Source of the DNA: Paraspadella gotoi
Lineage: Eukaryota > Animalia > Chaetognatha
Assembly: GCA_051294375.1 (NCBI GenBank)
Contig: CM119270.1
Location: 21,567,532-21,631,528 of the forward strand
Reading direction: 5' to 3'
Length of the DNA: 63,997 nucleotides
In this document: one piece after another, positions 12,901 to 25,617 of the stretch
Layout: each line of letters starts with the position of its first letter
How positions within the stretch are numbered: the first letter of the stretch is position 1
Notes under the pieces: generated by a model
What the model was told of the DNA's origin: nothing
Database searches by the model: none
The model's input: the letters and a program-made list of their open reading frames with translations, nothing else
Translations under genes and position numbers: made by a program

Positions 12901-14275
12901 ATAAACTCAGTAATCATATTAAAGCGCGAGGGTTTTTTATAAACCTGGACACAGATATAGGTAAGTTAATTGGACAGTTTAGTATTCCTTGCCAAAGGTA
13001 AGTTAAAAAAGGTAAGTTAAAAAAAAGAAAAGAAAAGAAAAGAAAGAAGAAAGGAAGAAACAAAGAAACAAGATCGGTTCATCCAATATGTTGCGCCGCA
13101 CTTACTTTATTTACACATATATATCCCTTTAATCATATATGATATGACATGACATGACATAACTAAAAAAAATTTTTTAGCCCGTGTATTTATAACGTGC
13201 ACTGCATCGAAATTCTGTCTTTTATTCCTTATAGTTTTTAGAATTTCCTGAAGGCGGCGCAAGCAGTCACTTAGATTTTATGTTTTTTCCTGTCTTAACA
13301 ACTAACTATAGGCAAATTAAATACATTTTTAACGTAAGTGGGATACCGACGGACAGACTTACTGACCGACCGACCGAAAAGTTACTTATAGAGTTGCTCC
13401 GCGAGTACTCGCGGCGAAACTTAAAAGGAGTTGAAACTAAATCGCTTAGAAAATGAAAATCTTTCAAGAAGAAAAAGGATCCATTTCTCCAGAACCTTAA
13501 TTCTCTTTTGGAATTAGAAAGACGCCCCTGCCTTTCTGATAACAAGGGCGGCGGCGGCAGAGGCGGTGCTGTGGCGGCGGCGGCGGTACGGTTGCTGCGG
13601 CGCTCGAGCAAGGATCCAAAGAAAGAGAAGAAGAGAAGACAGGTATTTCGTAATTTCATAGAACAAATACTTAAATTTGTTTTTTCATATTTTTTTAACT
13701 TTGGTTAAATCGCTTTTGATTCATCTGAATATCCGTCTAACATTGTACTTTGGTTGGTGGTTTAATATCAAACGTTCGGTACTCGGTAGTAAAACATTTA
13801 CTGGGACTAACGACGATTGCTAGTTTCAACCTACCTGTAGTCGGCCACTAAAGGTAGGCGAGACGTCCCGTTCCGCTTACTAACATCGACGCCAATGGGG
13901 CGCGAACCCTTGACCGTTTGGTGGGAAGAGACAAGGTCTGCTGAGACGCCACCATGGTCAGGCGGGTGGTGAGAGTGATTGTGTTGCCATAAAGTTATAC
14001 TGTAGAAAGTTAACTTAAGTTAACTTAACTTTAAGTTTAATAGAACAATCTTTATTACCTTTAATGTATATTGATAAAGATTTACAAACAATGTATATTG
14101 TATAATTCAAAGAAAATAAAGATCATGTATTTCAAAAATATGGTTTATTTTTAGTTACAAGAAGTTATAACTAACAAAAGTCATGGCATGATTGATGTCC
14201 GTTTTCTTAATAATAATGATTCTGGGTTCTTCCTGTTTGACCAGAAGATAGAAGAGAAGGAATAATCGGAACCGA

Positions 14276-14306
<31 letters not shown>

Positions 14307-14452
14307 GCCAGTCTCCGTCCCCATTGAGGTAGAGAGACGAATGGCCTCCATCTTCCTTTCACAAAGGCGGCTGCTTCTCCGAGTCAAGGACCTCGCATTA
14401 TTATCACAAATGCTGGAACCATTTTTGGGGGCGAAGCCTTTTGGGAGAGGAC

Positions 14453-14454
<2 letters not shown>

Positions 14455-14523
<69 letters not shown>
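14455..14523. repeat. (ATG)n microsatellite; representative of many SSRs, e.g. (ATAG)n 26834-26910, (GA)n 27789-27882, (CT)n 44724-44844, (TAAT)n 52014-52058
   Basis: Directly visible. Confidence 0.97.
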
Positions 14524-14524
<1 letters not shown>

Positions 14525-14592
14525 AAGTGTTTAGGGTGAGGGTTAGAAATTTATTTATGAGTTTAATATCAGTTTAATATGTGTTTAAGAAA

Positions 14593-14752
14593 TGGGCTGA
14601 AGAGTGCCATCCGCTATTTCTTAAACCCCTTCAACCATGGAACGGATCCTTGGCGGCTTAACTCGTAGAGTAGGTACTATAGTGGATTGATCCCGGTACC
14701 GAATGGTTATGAGCGGATGGTATTACTCAATAAGCCACCGGGTCACGACTGA
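14593..14752 (-). mobile_element. SINE-like element, same family
   Basis: Plus strand reads CCATGGAACGGATCC...GGTACCGAATGGTTATGAGCGGATGGTATTACTCAATAAGCCACCGGGTCACGACTGA, the reverse complement of the family head and body. Confidence 0.6.
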
Positions 14753-15715
14753 AAGTGTCATGAAAATATTGCAATGCCTGACTGCACAAACTTTAACTAG
14801 AGAAGGGATGAGAGAGAGAGAGNNNNNNNNNNNNNNNNNNNNNNNNNNNNNNNNNNNNNNNNNNNNNNNNNNNNNNNNNNNNNNNNNNNNNNNNNNNNNN
14901 NNNNNNNNNNNNNNNNNNNNNNNNNNNNNNNNNNNNNNNNNNNNNNNNNNNNNNNNNNNNNNNNNNNNNNNNNNNNNNNNNNNNNNNNNNNNNNNNNNNN
15001 NNNNNNNNNNNNNNNNNNNNNNNNNNNNNNNNNNNNNNNNNNNNNNNNNNNNNNNNNNNNNNNNNNNNNNNNNNNNNNNNNNNNNNNNNNNNNNNNNNNN
15101 NNNNNNNNNNNNNNNNNNNNNNNNNNNNNNNNNNNNNNNNNNNNNNNNNNNNNNNNNNNNNNNNNNNNNNNNNNNNNNNNNNNNNNNNNNNNNNNNNNNN
15201 NNNNNNNNNNNNNNNNNNNNNNNNNNNNNNNNNNNNNNNNTTCCATCGCGGATGGAATCGGAACCAAAAATGGAATCGGATCCGCGACTTTTATTCTTTC
15301 TCTTGGACGGTTGATCAACCAATGTTACCTGCCAATTCAGTTTCTGGAATTAACCAGTTCTGAAATTTGCCAGTTCTGGAATTTGCCAGTTCTGACAGAT
15401 GGACGTCTCGAAAGAAATCACCTCTAGTTGTCATCTGCTTTAAATCTGCGGTGTTTGGTTGACCAACCAACAGCTCTCTCTCTCTCTCTCTCTCTCTCTC
15501 NNNNNNNNNNNNNNNNNNNNNNNNNNNNNNNNNNNNNNNNNNNNNNNNNNNNNNNNNNNNNNNNNNNNNNNNNNNNNNNNNNNNNNNNNNNNNNNNNNNN
15601 NNNNNNNNNNNNNNNNNNNNNNNNNNNNNNNNNNNNNNNNNNNNNNNNNNNNNNNNNNNNNNNNNNNNNNNNNNNNNNNNNNNNNNNNNNNNNNNNNNNN
15701 NNNNNNNNNNNNNNN

Positions 15716-15749
<34 letters not shown>

Positions 15750-16398
15750 CTTCATATTTCACCTCTCCCATTCATTCACCATAAGACAAAAATACTTTCA
15801 TTAAACCTAAAACCCTTTTACTATTAAAACATCTAAATAGAATGTAGTATTAAACCTATTAAATTATCACGTTTTCCACTAAATATTTCAGGGTCAAAAT
15901 TTTAAAAGTCATTTATGAACAATGTACGAGTTACGAAAAAACTTTAAAAAATATTCAATCAACATTTAAAAATATTTTTTTATTAAGTGGGTTAAAAATT
16001 AAAAAAATAAGTTCAAAAATTTAATTTACAGCCTAAAACATAGGTGTTTCTAACTAACTTAATGAAATAATTTTTAAAAAAGAGTTATACCTAATTATAG
16101 GGTTAATACTGTGTATAAATATAGCCTACTGCGTAAATTGCAAAACTTATAATAATTTTTTTTTATACATAAATGTTCATCAGTACAATGTTGTTCATTC
16201 TTCTTTTCTCGAATTTTAATANNNNNNNNNNNNNNNNNNNNNNNNNNNNNNNNNNNNNNNNNNNNNNNNNNNNNNNNNNNNNNNNNNNNNNNNNNNNNNN
16301 NNNNNNNNNNNNNNNNNNNNNNNNNNNNNNNGTGATTAAAATGAGAGTTAGGAGTGATTTGTGGGCTATTTTGTGGGCAAAAGGTCGAAAGGGAGACC

Positions 16399-16660
16399 TG
16401 TGGATAAAGCGCTTAGTGTATTTTCTGTACCCCTCTGAGCAGAAATGGAACGGGTCCTGGTCTAGGAACCAGGGTTGAGGGTTTTCCACGCCCCAAAGGA
16501 GCCTTACGATCGTCCTCACGCTTCTCGGTACCAAATGGTCATAAGCCGATGGTATTTTACTCAATGAGCCACCGGGTGACGACTGAAGGGGACATGCTTA
16601 TAGACGTGCTTATAGACATGCTTATAGACATGCTTATAGACATGCTTATAGACGGGGTGA
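16399..16660 (-). mobile_element. SINE-like element, same family, with internal 12-nt GACATGCTTATA tandem expansion
   Basis: Plus strand reads TGTGGATAAAGCGCTTAGTG...ATGGAACGGGTCCTGG...TACTCAATGAGCCACCGGGTGACGACTGA...CTTATAGACGGGGTG. Confidence 0.65.
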
Positions 16661-17699
16661 GCATAATGCAATTCCTGTAGGCTCAGTGGGCAAATTTTGG
16701 GTATCAAGGTGGACGAAGTTTCCTAAGTTTGTGGGTAAAAAGGAATCATATAGAATTGGTGAGAATTGGTGGGGAAACTTGTGGGCAAAAAGATGAAAGA
16801 AGCTTTGGTGCGATGGAATAAGCAGAGGAGGAGGAGGAGGAGGAAGAAGAGGAGGAAGAGGATAAAAAGAGGGGGGGGCGAAACCCAACTGGACGCCTGG
16901 TTTTACCTGAAAGGAAAAGACGACGACGACGACGACGACAACAATGATCCTCTTTTCTTTCCTTTCTCTTCATGACGTCACGAGAGAAAAAAAAAGGCGG
17001 TGTGGACAATAAAGTCTCTCTGTGTGTGGGGGGAGGAAGGTGTGTGTGGGGAGTGGATATTCTAGTGTGGGGAAAATGAAGCTGGCGGTCATTCAAGGAA
17101 GAGGGTTTAAAGGTGAAGTGGTTGGACTAACGAGGTCGTATTAGTGAAATATGAAAATTAAATTATGGCTAATTTTAGGGCAACGTCGGGCAACTGCGGA
17201 CGTGATGAAGATAATTCTTCACAACGTCTCTAGATAAACTATAAATAAATATTTAACTGACTTACGCTCGTCATAAATCAAGTTGCTTTTCACGCATTTC
17301 TTAAAAATGCTAAGAAATNNNNNNNNNNNNNNNNNNNNNNNNNNNNNNNNNNNNNNNNNNNNNNNNNNNNNNNNNNNNNNNNNNNNNNNNNNNNNNNNNN
17401 NNNNNNNNNNNNNNNNNNNNNNNNNNNNNNNNNNNNNNNNNNNNNNNNNNNNNNNNNNNNNNNNNNNNNNNNAAAAAAAACAACAATTTCCCAAAAACTT
17501 AACACCGGGACAAGTTTCAACTTCATGACTAAATATGACGGGCAAGGGGAAGGGGGGCGCTTTTTTAAATATCAATTTTTTGAAATTTTGTTAAAAAATA
17601 TAATGTTCAGAAAGTTAGTTTCATTGTTATTTTCAATTTATCAAAAGAAAGACAAGAGACAGTCGATTTCTATTTTTAGACGAGGATCGAGGGACTCAC

Positions 17700-18292
17700 G
17701 GTGATCGTCCTTTTATCGACGTCTTCGTCGTCGTCGTCGTCGTCGTCGTCTGCTTTCCTTCGTCCCGATTGGCCGGCGTCTTTCGACCAATCGGCGAGCC
17801 GACGAGTGCGGCGCGGCGGCGGCGGCGGCGGAGAACTCCGCGCCGGCGCCTCGATCGGCAAATGACGCCAAGGAGGAGTCGGCGTCGGAATCTCGGCGAC
17901 CGGAGTCGAAGCGGCGACGACGCCGACGCCGGGAACGACGGATATCGGCGCCGGAACTCCTTCGACGCCGGTAGAAGCGAATCGGCGCCGATCGCCGGCC
18001 GACGACGACGAAGACGACGAAGATGCGAAGGCGTTGAGAAAGGAAGTCTCTTCGAAGGCCGGCGTTCCCGGCGCAGCGTTGAGACAGCGACGCGGCGGAT
18101 CCGCGCTCAGTTCCAGCGGCGACAGCAGCGTGGACGGCGTCGACGGAGCGTTGGAGGTCGGAGAGGAAGACGACGCCGTCGTCGTCGGCGTCGTTTTTGA
18201 AATGGAATGAGAAACCGGCGTCGTGAGTTGAGTCCAAGCGGCGTTAATTTGACGATCGACGACGCCGATTGACGCCGGCGCCAACGAAGACG
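17700..18292 (-). CDS. Probable cytoplasmic-tail exon (S/T/P/A-rich, poly-Pro, poly-Asp); 5' end in gap
   Basis: GC-rich open frame of about 195 aa ending ...DDEDVDKRTIT with donor CACC|GTGAGT. Same strand as the lectin gene; linkage to that gene is inferred. Confidence 0.55.
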
Positions 18293-20411
18293 NNNNNNNN
18301 NNNNNNNNNNNNNNNNNNNNNNNNNNNNNNNNNNNNNNNNNNNNNNNNNNNNNNNNNNNNNNNNNNNNNNNNNNNNNNNNNNNNNNNNNNNNNNNNNNNN
18401 NNNNNNNNNNNNNNNNNNNNNNNNNNNNNNNNNNNNNNNNNNNNNNNNNNNNNNNNNNNNNNNNNNNNNNNNNNNNNNNNNNNNNNNNNNNNNNNNNNNN
18501 NNNNNNNNNNNNNNNNNNNNNNNNNNNNNNNNNNNNNNNNNNNNNNNNNNNNNNNNNNNNNNNNNNNNNNNNNNNNNNNNNNNNNNNNNNNNNNNNNNNN
18601 NNNNNNNNNNNNNNNNNNNNNACTATTACAAAATTTTTTCTTTTAAATATTGAGTTATAATGAAATAAAATATTATAATTAGAGAAATTCGGTAAACCTT
18701 ATTTTAAAAACAAAATTCACAAGATATCCTAAGACGAGTTAACAAAAAGACATCGAAACTGTTCTAACTTTTCCAACGGCCGATAGATATCCTTACAACA
18801 TAAACAAAAAGGCATCGAAACTTTTCCGAATAACATCCGAGAGATGTCATCCCACGAGTCCATAAAACCTCGAGAAATCGATTTATTCCAACGCAACCGT
18901 TTGTTAGCGCCGATTCGCGGCGCTCTTTTTTTTTCGCGACGCCGCGTTTTTCCTCCGACGCCGGCGCCATTTTCCTGGTTCCGTCCATTTATCTCTCTTT
19001 CGGGCGTCGAAGGGGAAGAGAATCTGACAGACGCGCACCGCGCTGGGAGTCGGGATGTCGTTGTTGTTGTTGTCTTTGTTGTTGTTTTTGTTGTTGTTTT
19101 TGTTGTAGCTGTTTTAGTTGCGCGTATTGTGATGTAGTGCTTAAAATTAGCTTGTAATTGTGTGCGTGTTTACTTTTCTTGTTCTTATTGTTGTATCGTT
19201 ATTTTGTTTTTATTGTTGTTATGGTTATTTTTTTTGTGTTTATTTTTTTTTCAGTAATTATTGTTGCGGTAGTTTTGGCTTTCTTTAGTTATAGTTATAG
19301 TCTTTGTTCGTATTATTATTGTTGATGTTGTTGTAGTTCTTGTTGTTTTCGTTGTAGTTGTGTTTATTCCAATTATTGTTGTTGTTGTTGTTGTGTGTTC
19401 GCGTCTGCAAGTTTCGTCAAGGGAAATCCGAACGACAGAGGGCAGCGCAATTTTTCTGTTTACAGGAAAAAAAAAATTTTTCTTCTCTTTTCTTTCTTTA
19501 TTTTCTTTTCTTTCTTCTCTTTTCTTTCTTTTCTTTTCTTTCTTTCCTATCTTTTATTTCTTCTTTTTTTTATTTATTCTATTTTCTTTCTTTTCTTTTC
19601 TTTTCTTTTTTCTCTTTTCTTTCTTTATTCTCTTTTCCTTCTTCTCTATTCTTTCTTCTCTTTTCTTTTTCCTTCTCTTTTTTTTCGTCTCTTTTCTTTT
19701 CTTTCTTCTCTTTTCTTTCGTCTTTTTTCTTTCTTTCTTTTCTTTTCTTTCTTCTCCTTTCTTTCTTTCTTTCTTTCTTTCTTCTCTTTTCTTTTCTTTC
19801 TTCTCTTTTACTTCTCTTTTTTCTGTCTTCTCTTTTTTTTATTTTTTTTTCTCTCTTTTCTTTTCTTTTTGTTTTCTCCTTTTATTTTTCTCTCTTCTCT
19901 TCTCTTTTTTTTGGATATATTTATTTGTTTTTATTTTTAAAATTCTAGATGTGAATCAATTTTTATCCACCGGCGAGAGTGAATAGCGAAGTAACTCGAT
20001 GTTTTCTAAATGAGATTCACGATTTTGTGAAATCGATGTGACGTTTCCATTGTTTACATCTGACGCCATCGAAATGAAAGATTGTATCTTTGCGAATTTG
20101 AAAAAAAATATTTATTGCGAAATTACGCTTCAATATTGTTATAGAAGATATATTTAAGTAAAATACGATCATGTCATATTTTCATATTCTATATTTTTGT
20201 TATCATATCTACTTCGATTAATACTAAAATTTTACATTTTTCAGCTTACTAGTTCATGATGTAAGTACTGAGTAAGTACTGTAAGTTCTACTATTTTTTG
20301 TAAACGAAAGAGTCACTTACATAAAGATATTAACAATCATTCACTAAAATCGTCAACCCCAACTTCCTTACCTCTCCCCCTCGCCCCATTTCCCGCCAAA
20401 TCTAGCCTCAC

Positions 20412-20941
20412 CTTCCAGGCGAGAGGGCGTGGCTGTTGCTCATTTGTCTCTGGAGTCGATGGTGACCGCGAGGGGGCGCCGATGCCAGCGACGCCGCCTC
20501 CGCCGCCGACGCCGCGTGTCCGTTTCCNNNNNNNNNNNNNNNNNNNNNNNNNNNNNNNNNNNNNNNNNNNNNNNNNNNNNNNNNNNNNNNNNNNNNNNNN
20601 NNNNNNNNNNNNNNNNNNNNNNNNNNNNNNNNNNNNNNNNNNNNNNNNNNNNNNNNNNNNNNNNNNNNNNNNNNNNNNNNNNNNNNNNNNNNNNNNNNNN
20701 NNNNNNNNNNNNNNNNNNNNNNNNNNNNNNNNNNNNNNNNNNNNNNNNNNNNNNNNNNNNNNNNNNNNNNNNNNNNNNNNNNNNNNNNNNNNNNNNNNNN
20801 NNNNNNNNNNNNNNNNNNNNNNNNNNNNNNNNNNNNNNNNNNNNNNNNNNNNNNNNNNNNNACCGCCGACGATGGCCAGGCGCCCGTTTTTTGACGACCC
20901 GCGAAATGACCGCGTTGCGCCGCCGCGTGGACTGTTGCTGC
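20412..20941 (-). CDS. Lectin membrane protein, first cytoplasmic exon(s), interrupted by N gap
   Basis: Phase-2 acceptor CCCTAAG gives RQQQSTRRRNAVISRVVKKRAPGHRRR. After the gap it reads GNGHAASAAEAASLASAPPRGHHRLQRQMSNSHALSPG with donor GAAG|GTGAGG. The next phase-compatible acceptor is at 19455 (RKIALPSVVRISLDETC...). Confidence 0.55.
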
Positions 20942-21310
20942 CTTAGGGGCTCGTGTAGAAGGAGGGAGGGGGAGCGAAAAGAGAGAAGGAGGGGGAGGAA
21001 GGGAGAGGGGAGGCGAAGGAAGGAGAGAGAGAGGGGGAGAGGAAAAGAAGGAGGATCGAGAAGGAGAGGAGAGGAAGGGAGGCGGGGAGGAGGAGTAAGA
21101 AGAGCTGAGGAGACGGAGGAAGGGATGAGGAGGGAGGAGGAGGCAGGAGGGGGAGAGGAGGAACGAGGTGGGGAGGGAGGGATCAAATGTTTCTTTATAC
21201 TAATGTTTGATCTATGTATAAAAAGGACCTGGTTTCCCCCCCCAGATTTTCCTCCAATTTGAATGGTTCTCCTCTCCGATTTTCCTCCAATTTGATTGGT
21301 TCTCTCTCAC

Positions 21311-21386
21311 CTTCGGTAAAGGATGACAGAGATGACGAGGATCGTCATGGAAACGGCGGCGAGACAAAGAAGCGAAGTCACGAGGA
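21311..21386 (-). CDS. Lectin membrane protein, transmembrane exon
   Basis: Acceptor TTAATTTCAG, phase 1. Translates ILVTSLLCLAAVSMTILVISVILYRR, a hydrophobic helix followed by basic stop-transfer residues. Phase-2 donor GAAG|GTGAGA. Confidence 0.75.
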
Positions 21387-21629
21387 CTGAAATTAAAAGG
21401 GAGAAAGGAAAAATTAAGGAAAGGGAAAATAAAGGGAAGGAAATGGAGAAGAGAAAATTAAGGAAGAGGGGAAAGATGAGAAAGGTAATTAAAGAAAACA
21501 GGAGAAGGAAGAGAGGAAAAATAAGGAAAAAAGGAAGAGAAGAAAATTATGGAAAAATTGGTAAAAGGGAAAAAGAGGAAAATAAAGGGAAGGATGAAGG
21601 GAAAGGAAAAAAATTTAGAAATCAAGAAG

Positions 21630-21798
21630 AGAGAGGAGATTAAAAAGTCTTCCTTTAAGAGACAGGAGATTAAAAAGTCTTCTTTTAAGAGACAGGAGAT
21701 TAAAAAGTCTTCTTTTAAGAGAGAGGAGATTAAAAAGTCTTCCTTTAGGAGAGAGGAGATTAAAAAGTCTTCCTTTAAGAGAGAGGAGATTAAAAGTC
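21630..21798. repeat. 30-nt tandem repeat GAGAGGAGATTAAAAAGTCTTCCTTTAAGA, about 5.5 copies (intronic)
   Basis: Directly visible. Confidence 0.95.
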
Positions 21799-22474
21799 CT
21801 CATTGCATCGAAATCCTTGATGTCACCATCAGACTTCGCGTTGCGTAGATGAGAAGAAGTCACTTAAAAATGTCTGGCGTTAATTTGTAGCATGGCGCAA
21901 TTTATCCGATGCCAGCTGTGGGAGAACATTCAGCGCCACATAGTGACGAAGTTTGGATGGCGCGGCGTCAATCTGTGGCGCTAGTGCGATACCTTGCGTC
22001 GACGTCAAACATAACATGGTGAAGAGGCGCAGATGTTGAAGCGCGAGACACACACANNNNNNNNNNNNNNNNNNNNNNNNNNNNNNNNNNNNNNNNNNNN
22101 NNNNNNNNNNNNNNNNNNNNNNNNNNNNNNNNNNNNNNNNNNNNNNNNNNNNNNNNNNNNNNNNNNNNNNNNNNNNNNNNNNNNNNNNNNNNNNNNNNNN
22201 NNNNNNNNNNNNNNNNNNNNNNNNNNNNNNNNNNNNNNNNNNNNNNNNNNACTATTTCTCAGTTTTGCTTCGTCGATTCTTTATCCGAATTTCGGTCGAC
22301 GACGACGACGACGACGACGACGACAATGATAAATACGATGACGATGAAGACGAAAACGACGACGAAAACGACGACGACGATGACGAAAACGACGACGACG
22401 ACGACGACGACGACAAGGAAATCTCATTCATCATCTCCAACTTTCCTTTTTTCGCTAAGAAGTCGAAACCTGAA

Positions 22475-23268
22475 GAGGATGAATTTGACTAACCTGGATG
22501 AGTTGACTAACCCGGATGAGTTGACTCACCCGGATGAGTTGACTCACCCGGATGAGTTGACTCACCCGGATGAGTTGACTCACTCGGATGAAGTTGACTC
22601 ACCCAGATGAGTTGACTCACCTGGATGAGTTGACTCACCTGGATGAGTTGACTCACCCTGATGAAGTTGACTCACCCGGATGAAGTTGACTCACGCGGAT
22701 GAAGTTGACTCACCTGGATGAGTTGACTCACCTGGATGAGGTTGACTCACATGGATGAAGTTCACTCACCCGGATGAGTTGAGTCACCTGGATGAGTTGA
22801 CTCACCCGGATGAAGTTGACTCACCCAGATGAAGTTGAGTCACCCGGATGAGTTGACTCACCCGGATGAGTTGACTCACCTGGATGAGTTGACTCACCCG
22901 GATGAGTTGAATCACCCAGATGAATTTGACTCACCTGGATGAAGTTCACTCACCTGGATGAAGTTCACTCACCCGGATGAGTTGACTCACCCAGATGAGT
23001 TGACTCACCCATATGAAGTTGACTCACATGGATGAAGTTCACTCACCCGGATGAGTTGACTCACCTGGATGAGTTGACTCACCCGGATGAAGTTGACTCA
23101 CCCGGATGAAGTTGACTCACCCGGATGAGTTGACTCACCCGGATGAGTTGACTCACCTGGATGAGTTGACTCACCCAGATGAATTTGACTCACCTGGATG
23201 AAGTTGACTCACCTGGATGAAGTTCACTCACCCGGATGAGTTGACTCACCCGGATGAGTTGACTCACC
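22475..23268. repeat. Minisatellite, 18/19-nt unit GTTGACTCACCCGGATGA(A), about 43 copies
   Basis: Directly visible head-to-tail array. The minus strand reads (C[A/G]G-GTGAGTCAACTCATC)n. Confidence 0.97.
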
Positions 23269-23447
23269 TGCTTCAGGGAAACTGGAGCGGGCGCAGCAAT
23301 AGTAGTTGGATTCACTCACTGCAGCAATAACAGCACCTGCAATTACAGCCACATCAGCAGCAACAGCACAACACACTATCACACTAACTCAATCGTCTCA
23401 CTTGATGTCAATATAACAACAACGGAAGTCAAAATGAGGAAACTCAC

Positions 23448-23570
23448 TGGACGAGAGATGCCACGTGAAGGACTTGTGAGACGCAGTGAGAGTCACGTTT
23501 CCGTCCGGATGTTGATTCACATCCGGGGAAGATGGAGATCGAGGGAGGAGAGTCACGTGGGTGCCTGTGC
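23448..23570 (-). CDS. Lectin membrane protein, juxtamembrane exon
   Basis: Acceptor (CT)n-CCGTCTCCAG; 123 nt, phase 1 to 1. Translates GTGTHVTLLPRSPSSPDVNQHPDGNVTLTASHKSFTWHLSS with an N-V-T sequon. Donor TCCA|GTGAGT. Confidence 0.68.
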
Positions 23571-23576
23571 CTGGAG

Positions 23577-23629
<53 letters not shown>

Positions 23630-23981
23630 CAGATGTGATGAAAAGAGGGATATGACATAATAGAATTAACATAAGTTAATGACATCGGGAAAGGAAAAAA
23701 AAGATATAAATGGAATGACTGAAAGAAATGAGAAAGAATAAATGACTTAGGAGAGAGATAGGGGAATGACTTAGGGGAAAAGAGAAAGATGGGAATGACA
23801 GAGAGAATGACAAAGTGGAAAGTGAAAGTTAGGACTGACATTGAACTGGTTTTAACATTGTCTTTAAACATAATTTATTGTTATACTATTAAAAACAACA
23901 ATGCCTGAAACTAATAGTAATACAAGAAAAAACAGGGCTAAAAATAAAAACATAAAACAACAAAAATAACGACAGGAAAAT

Positions 23982-24012
<31 letters not shown>

Positions 24013-24040
24013 CCAGCCCTCGTCACGTCCTCTGTATTAC

Positions 24041-24241
24041 CTCTCTTCGAACTTCCCGTCGCAGTCGATTTAGACAAAAACAATTGAGCATCGTTTTTTG
24101 GCGCCGATGAATACGTGAATCCCGTGGCGGCGACGATAGAGGGCGCTACAGGTTCGTCGTCGTCGTCGTCGGCTGCGGCGCCGCGGGACGCAGCAGACGA
24201 CGCGGCGGCGGAAATCGTCTGCTGGATTTGCGTGGATTGAC
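24041..24241 (-). CDS. Lectin membrane protein, stalk exon (5' end in gap)
   Basis: Open frame QSTQIQQTISAAASSAASRGAAADDDDDEPVAPSIVAATGFTYSSAPKNDAQLFLSKSTATGSSKR. Phase-1 donor AGAG|GTAATA matches the next exon. Confidence 0.6.
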
Positions 24242-25586
24242 NNNNNNNNNNNNNNNNNNNNNNNNNNNNNNNNNNNNNNNNNNNNNNNNNNNNNNNNNNN
24301 NNNNNNNNNNNNNNNNNNNNNNNNNNNNNNNNNNNNNNNNNNNNNNNNNNNNNNNNNNNNNNNNNNNNNNNNNNNNNNNNNNNNNNNNNNNNNNNNNNNN
24401 NNNNNNNNNNNNNNNNNNNNNNNNNNNNNNNNNNNNNNNNNNNNNNNNNNNNNNNNNNNNNNNNNNNNNNNNNNNNNNNNNNNNNNNNNNNNNNNNNNNN
24501 NNNNNNNNNNNNNNNNNNNNNNNNNNNNNNNNNNNNNNNNNNNNNNNNNNNNNNNNNNNNNNNNNNNNNNNNNNNNNNNNNNNNNNNNNNNNNNNNNNNN
24601 NNNNNNNNNNNNNNNNNNNNNNNNNNNNNNNNNNNNNNNNNNNNNNNNNNNNNNNNNNNNNNNNNNNNNNNNNNNNNNNNNNNNNNNNNNNNNNNNNNNN
24701 NNNNNNNNNNNNNNNNNNNNNNNNNNNNNNNNNNNNNNNNNNNNNNNNNNNNNNNNNNNNNNNNNNNNNNNNNNNNNNNNNNNNNNNNNNNNNNNNNNNN
24801 NNNNNNNNNNNNNNNNNNNNNNNNNNNNNNNNNNNNNNNNNNNNNNNNNNNNNNNNNNNNNNNNNNNNNNNNNNNNNNNNNNNNNNNNNNNNNNNNNNNN
24901 NNNNNNNNNNNNNNNNNNNNNNNNNNNNNNNNNNNNNNNNNNNNNNNNNNNNNNNNNNNNNNNNNNNNNNNAGAGAATAAGAAAAGAGAGAAAGAGGAAG
25001 AAAGAGATAAAGAGAGAGATAGTGAGAAAGAGAGAGAGAGAGAAGAGAGAGAAGAGAGAGAGAGAAAGAGAGAGAGGCATATAAACACGCGCGGGCAGTG
25101 ACTGATTCCCGCCCTGGGTTTTCTTCAGGTTCCCTCATTTTTTTCTTCCTTTTGTTTTTAATTGATGCGCTGCCTTCTTTGGTTCTTTTGTTTATTGCGC
25201 GGCAAGAGCAGCAGGGAACGCTGCAGACGCCGCGGGACAGGAGGGGATGCAGCCGATGCAGCCGGTGTGGCAGAAGACGCTGCCGACGCCGCTGGAGCAA
25301 AGAGAATAAGGGTGAAGACGATTTGTTTGAAAGATGAGGAGGAAAGGAAAAAGAAAAAGGAAATAAAGGTGAGTGGAGGTCAAGAGAGGAGGAAAAAGAA
25401 AAGAAATAGAGAGAAAAGAAAAGATAGGAGAAGAAAGAGAAAGAAAAGAAAGATGGAAAATAAAAGAAAAGAAAAAAGAAAAGAAGAGAAAAGATAAAAA
25501 AGAAAGGAAAGAAAAGAAGAAAAAAGACAACAAAAGAAGCAAAGAACAAGTAAGAAAAAAACGAAAAATATAAGGCCGAAAAAAAA

Positions 25587-25617
<31 letters not shown>

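Larger units (their letters stand above)
10705..16990 (-). other. Scattered GC-rich, low-complexity probable exon fragments (about 10705-10930, 11470-11780, 12060-12545, 13375-13630, 16905-16990), possibly further tail of the lectin gene
   Basis: Locally open E-, P- and S-rich frames with donor-like ends (e.g. GAGG|GTAAGT near 10708, TCAG|GTAAAA near 16907). They are broken by stops and indels and show no recognisable domain. Confidence 0.3.

Noticed and set aside
14703-15827. ORFs spanning N runs (also 23889-25549, 52812-53162, 61088-61410)
   Set aside because: Their length is an artefact of untranslatable gaps.
22475-23268. CRISPR array or coding repeat (THPDEL)
   Set aside because: There are no unique spacers, and mixed 18/19-nt units break every frame.
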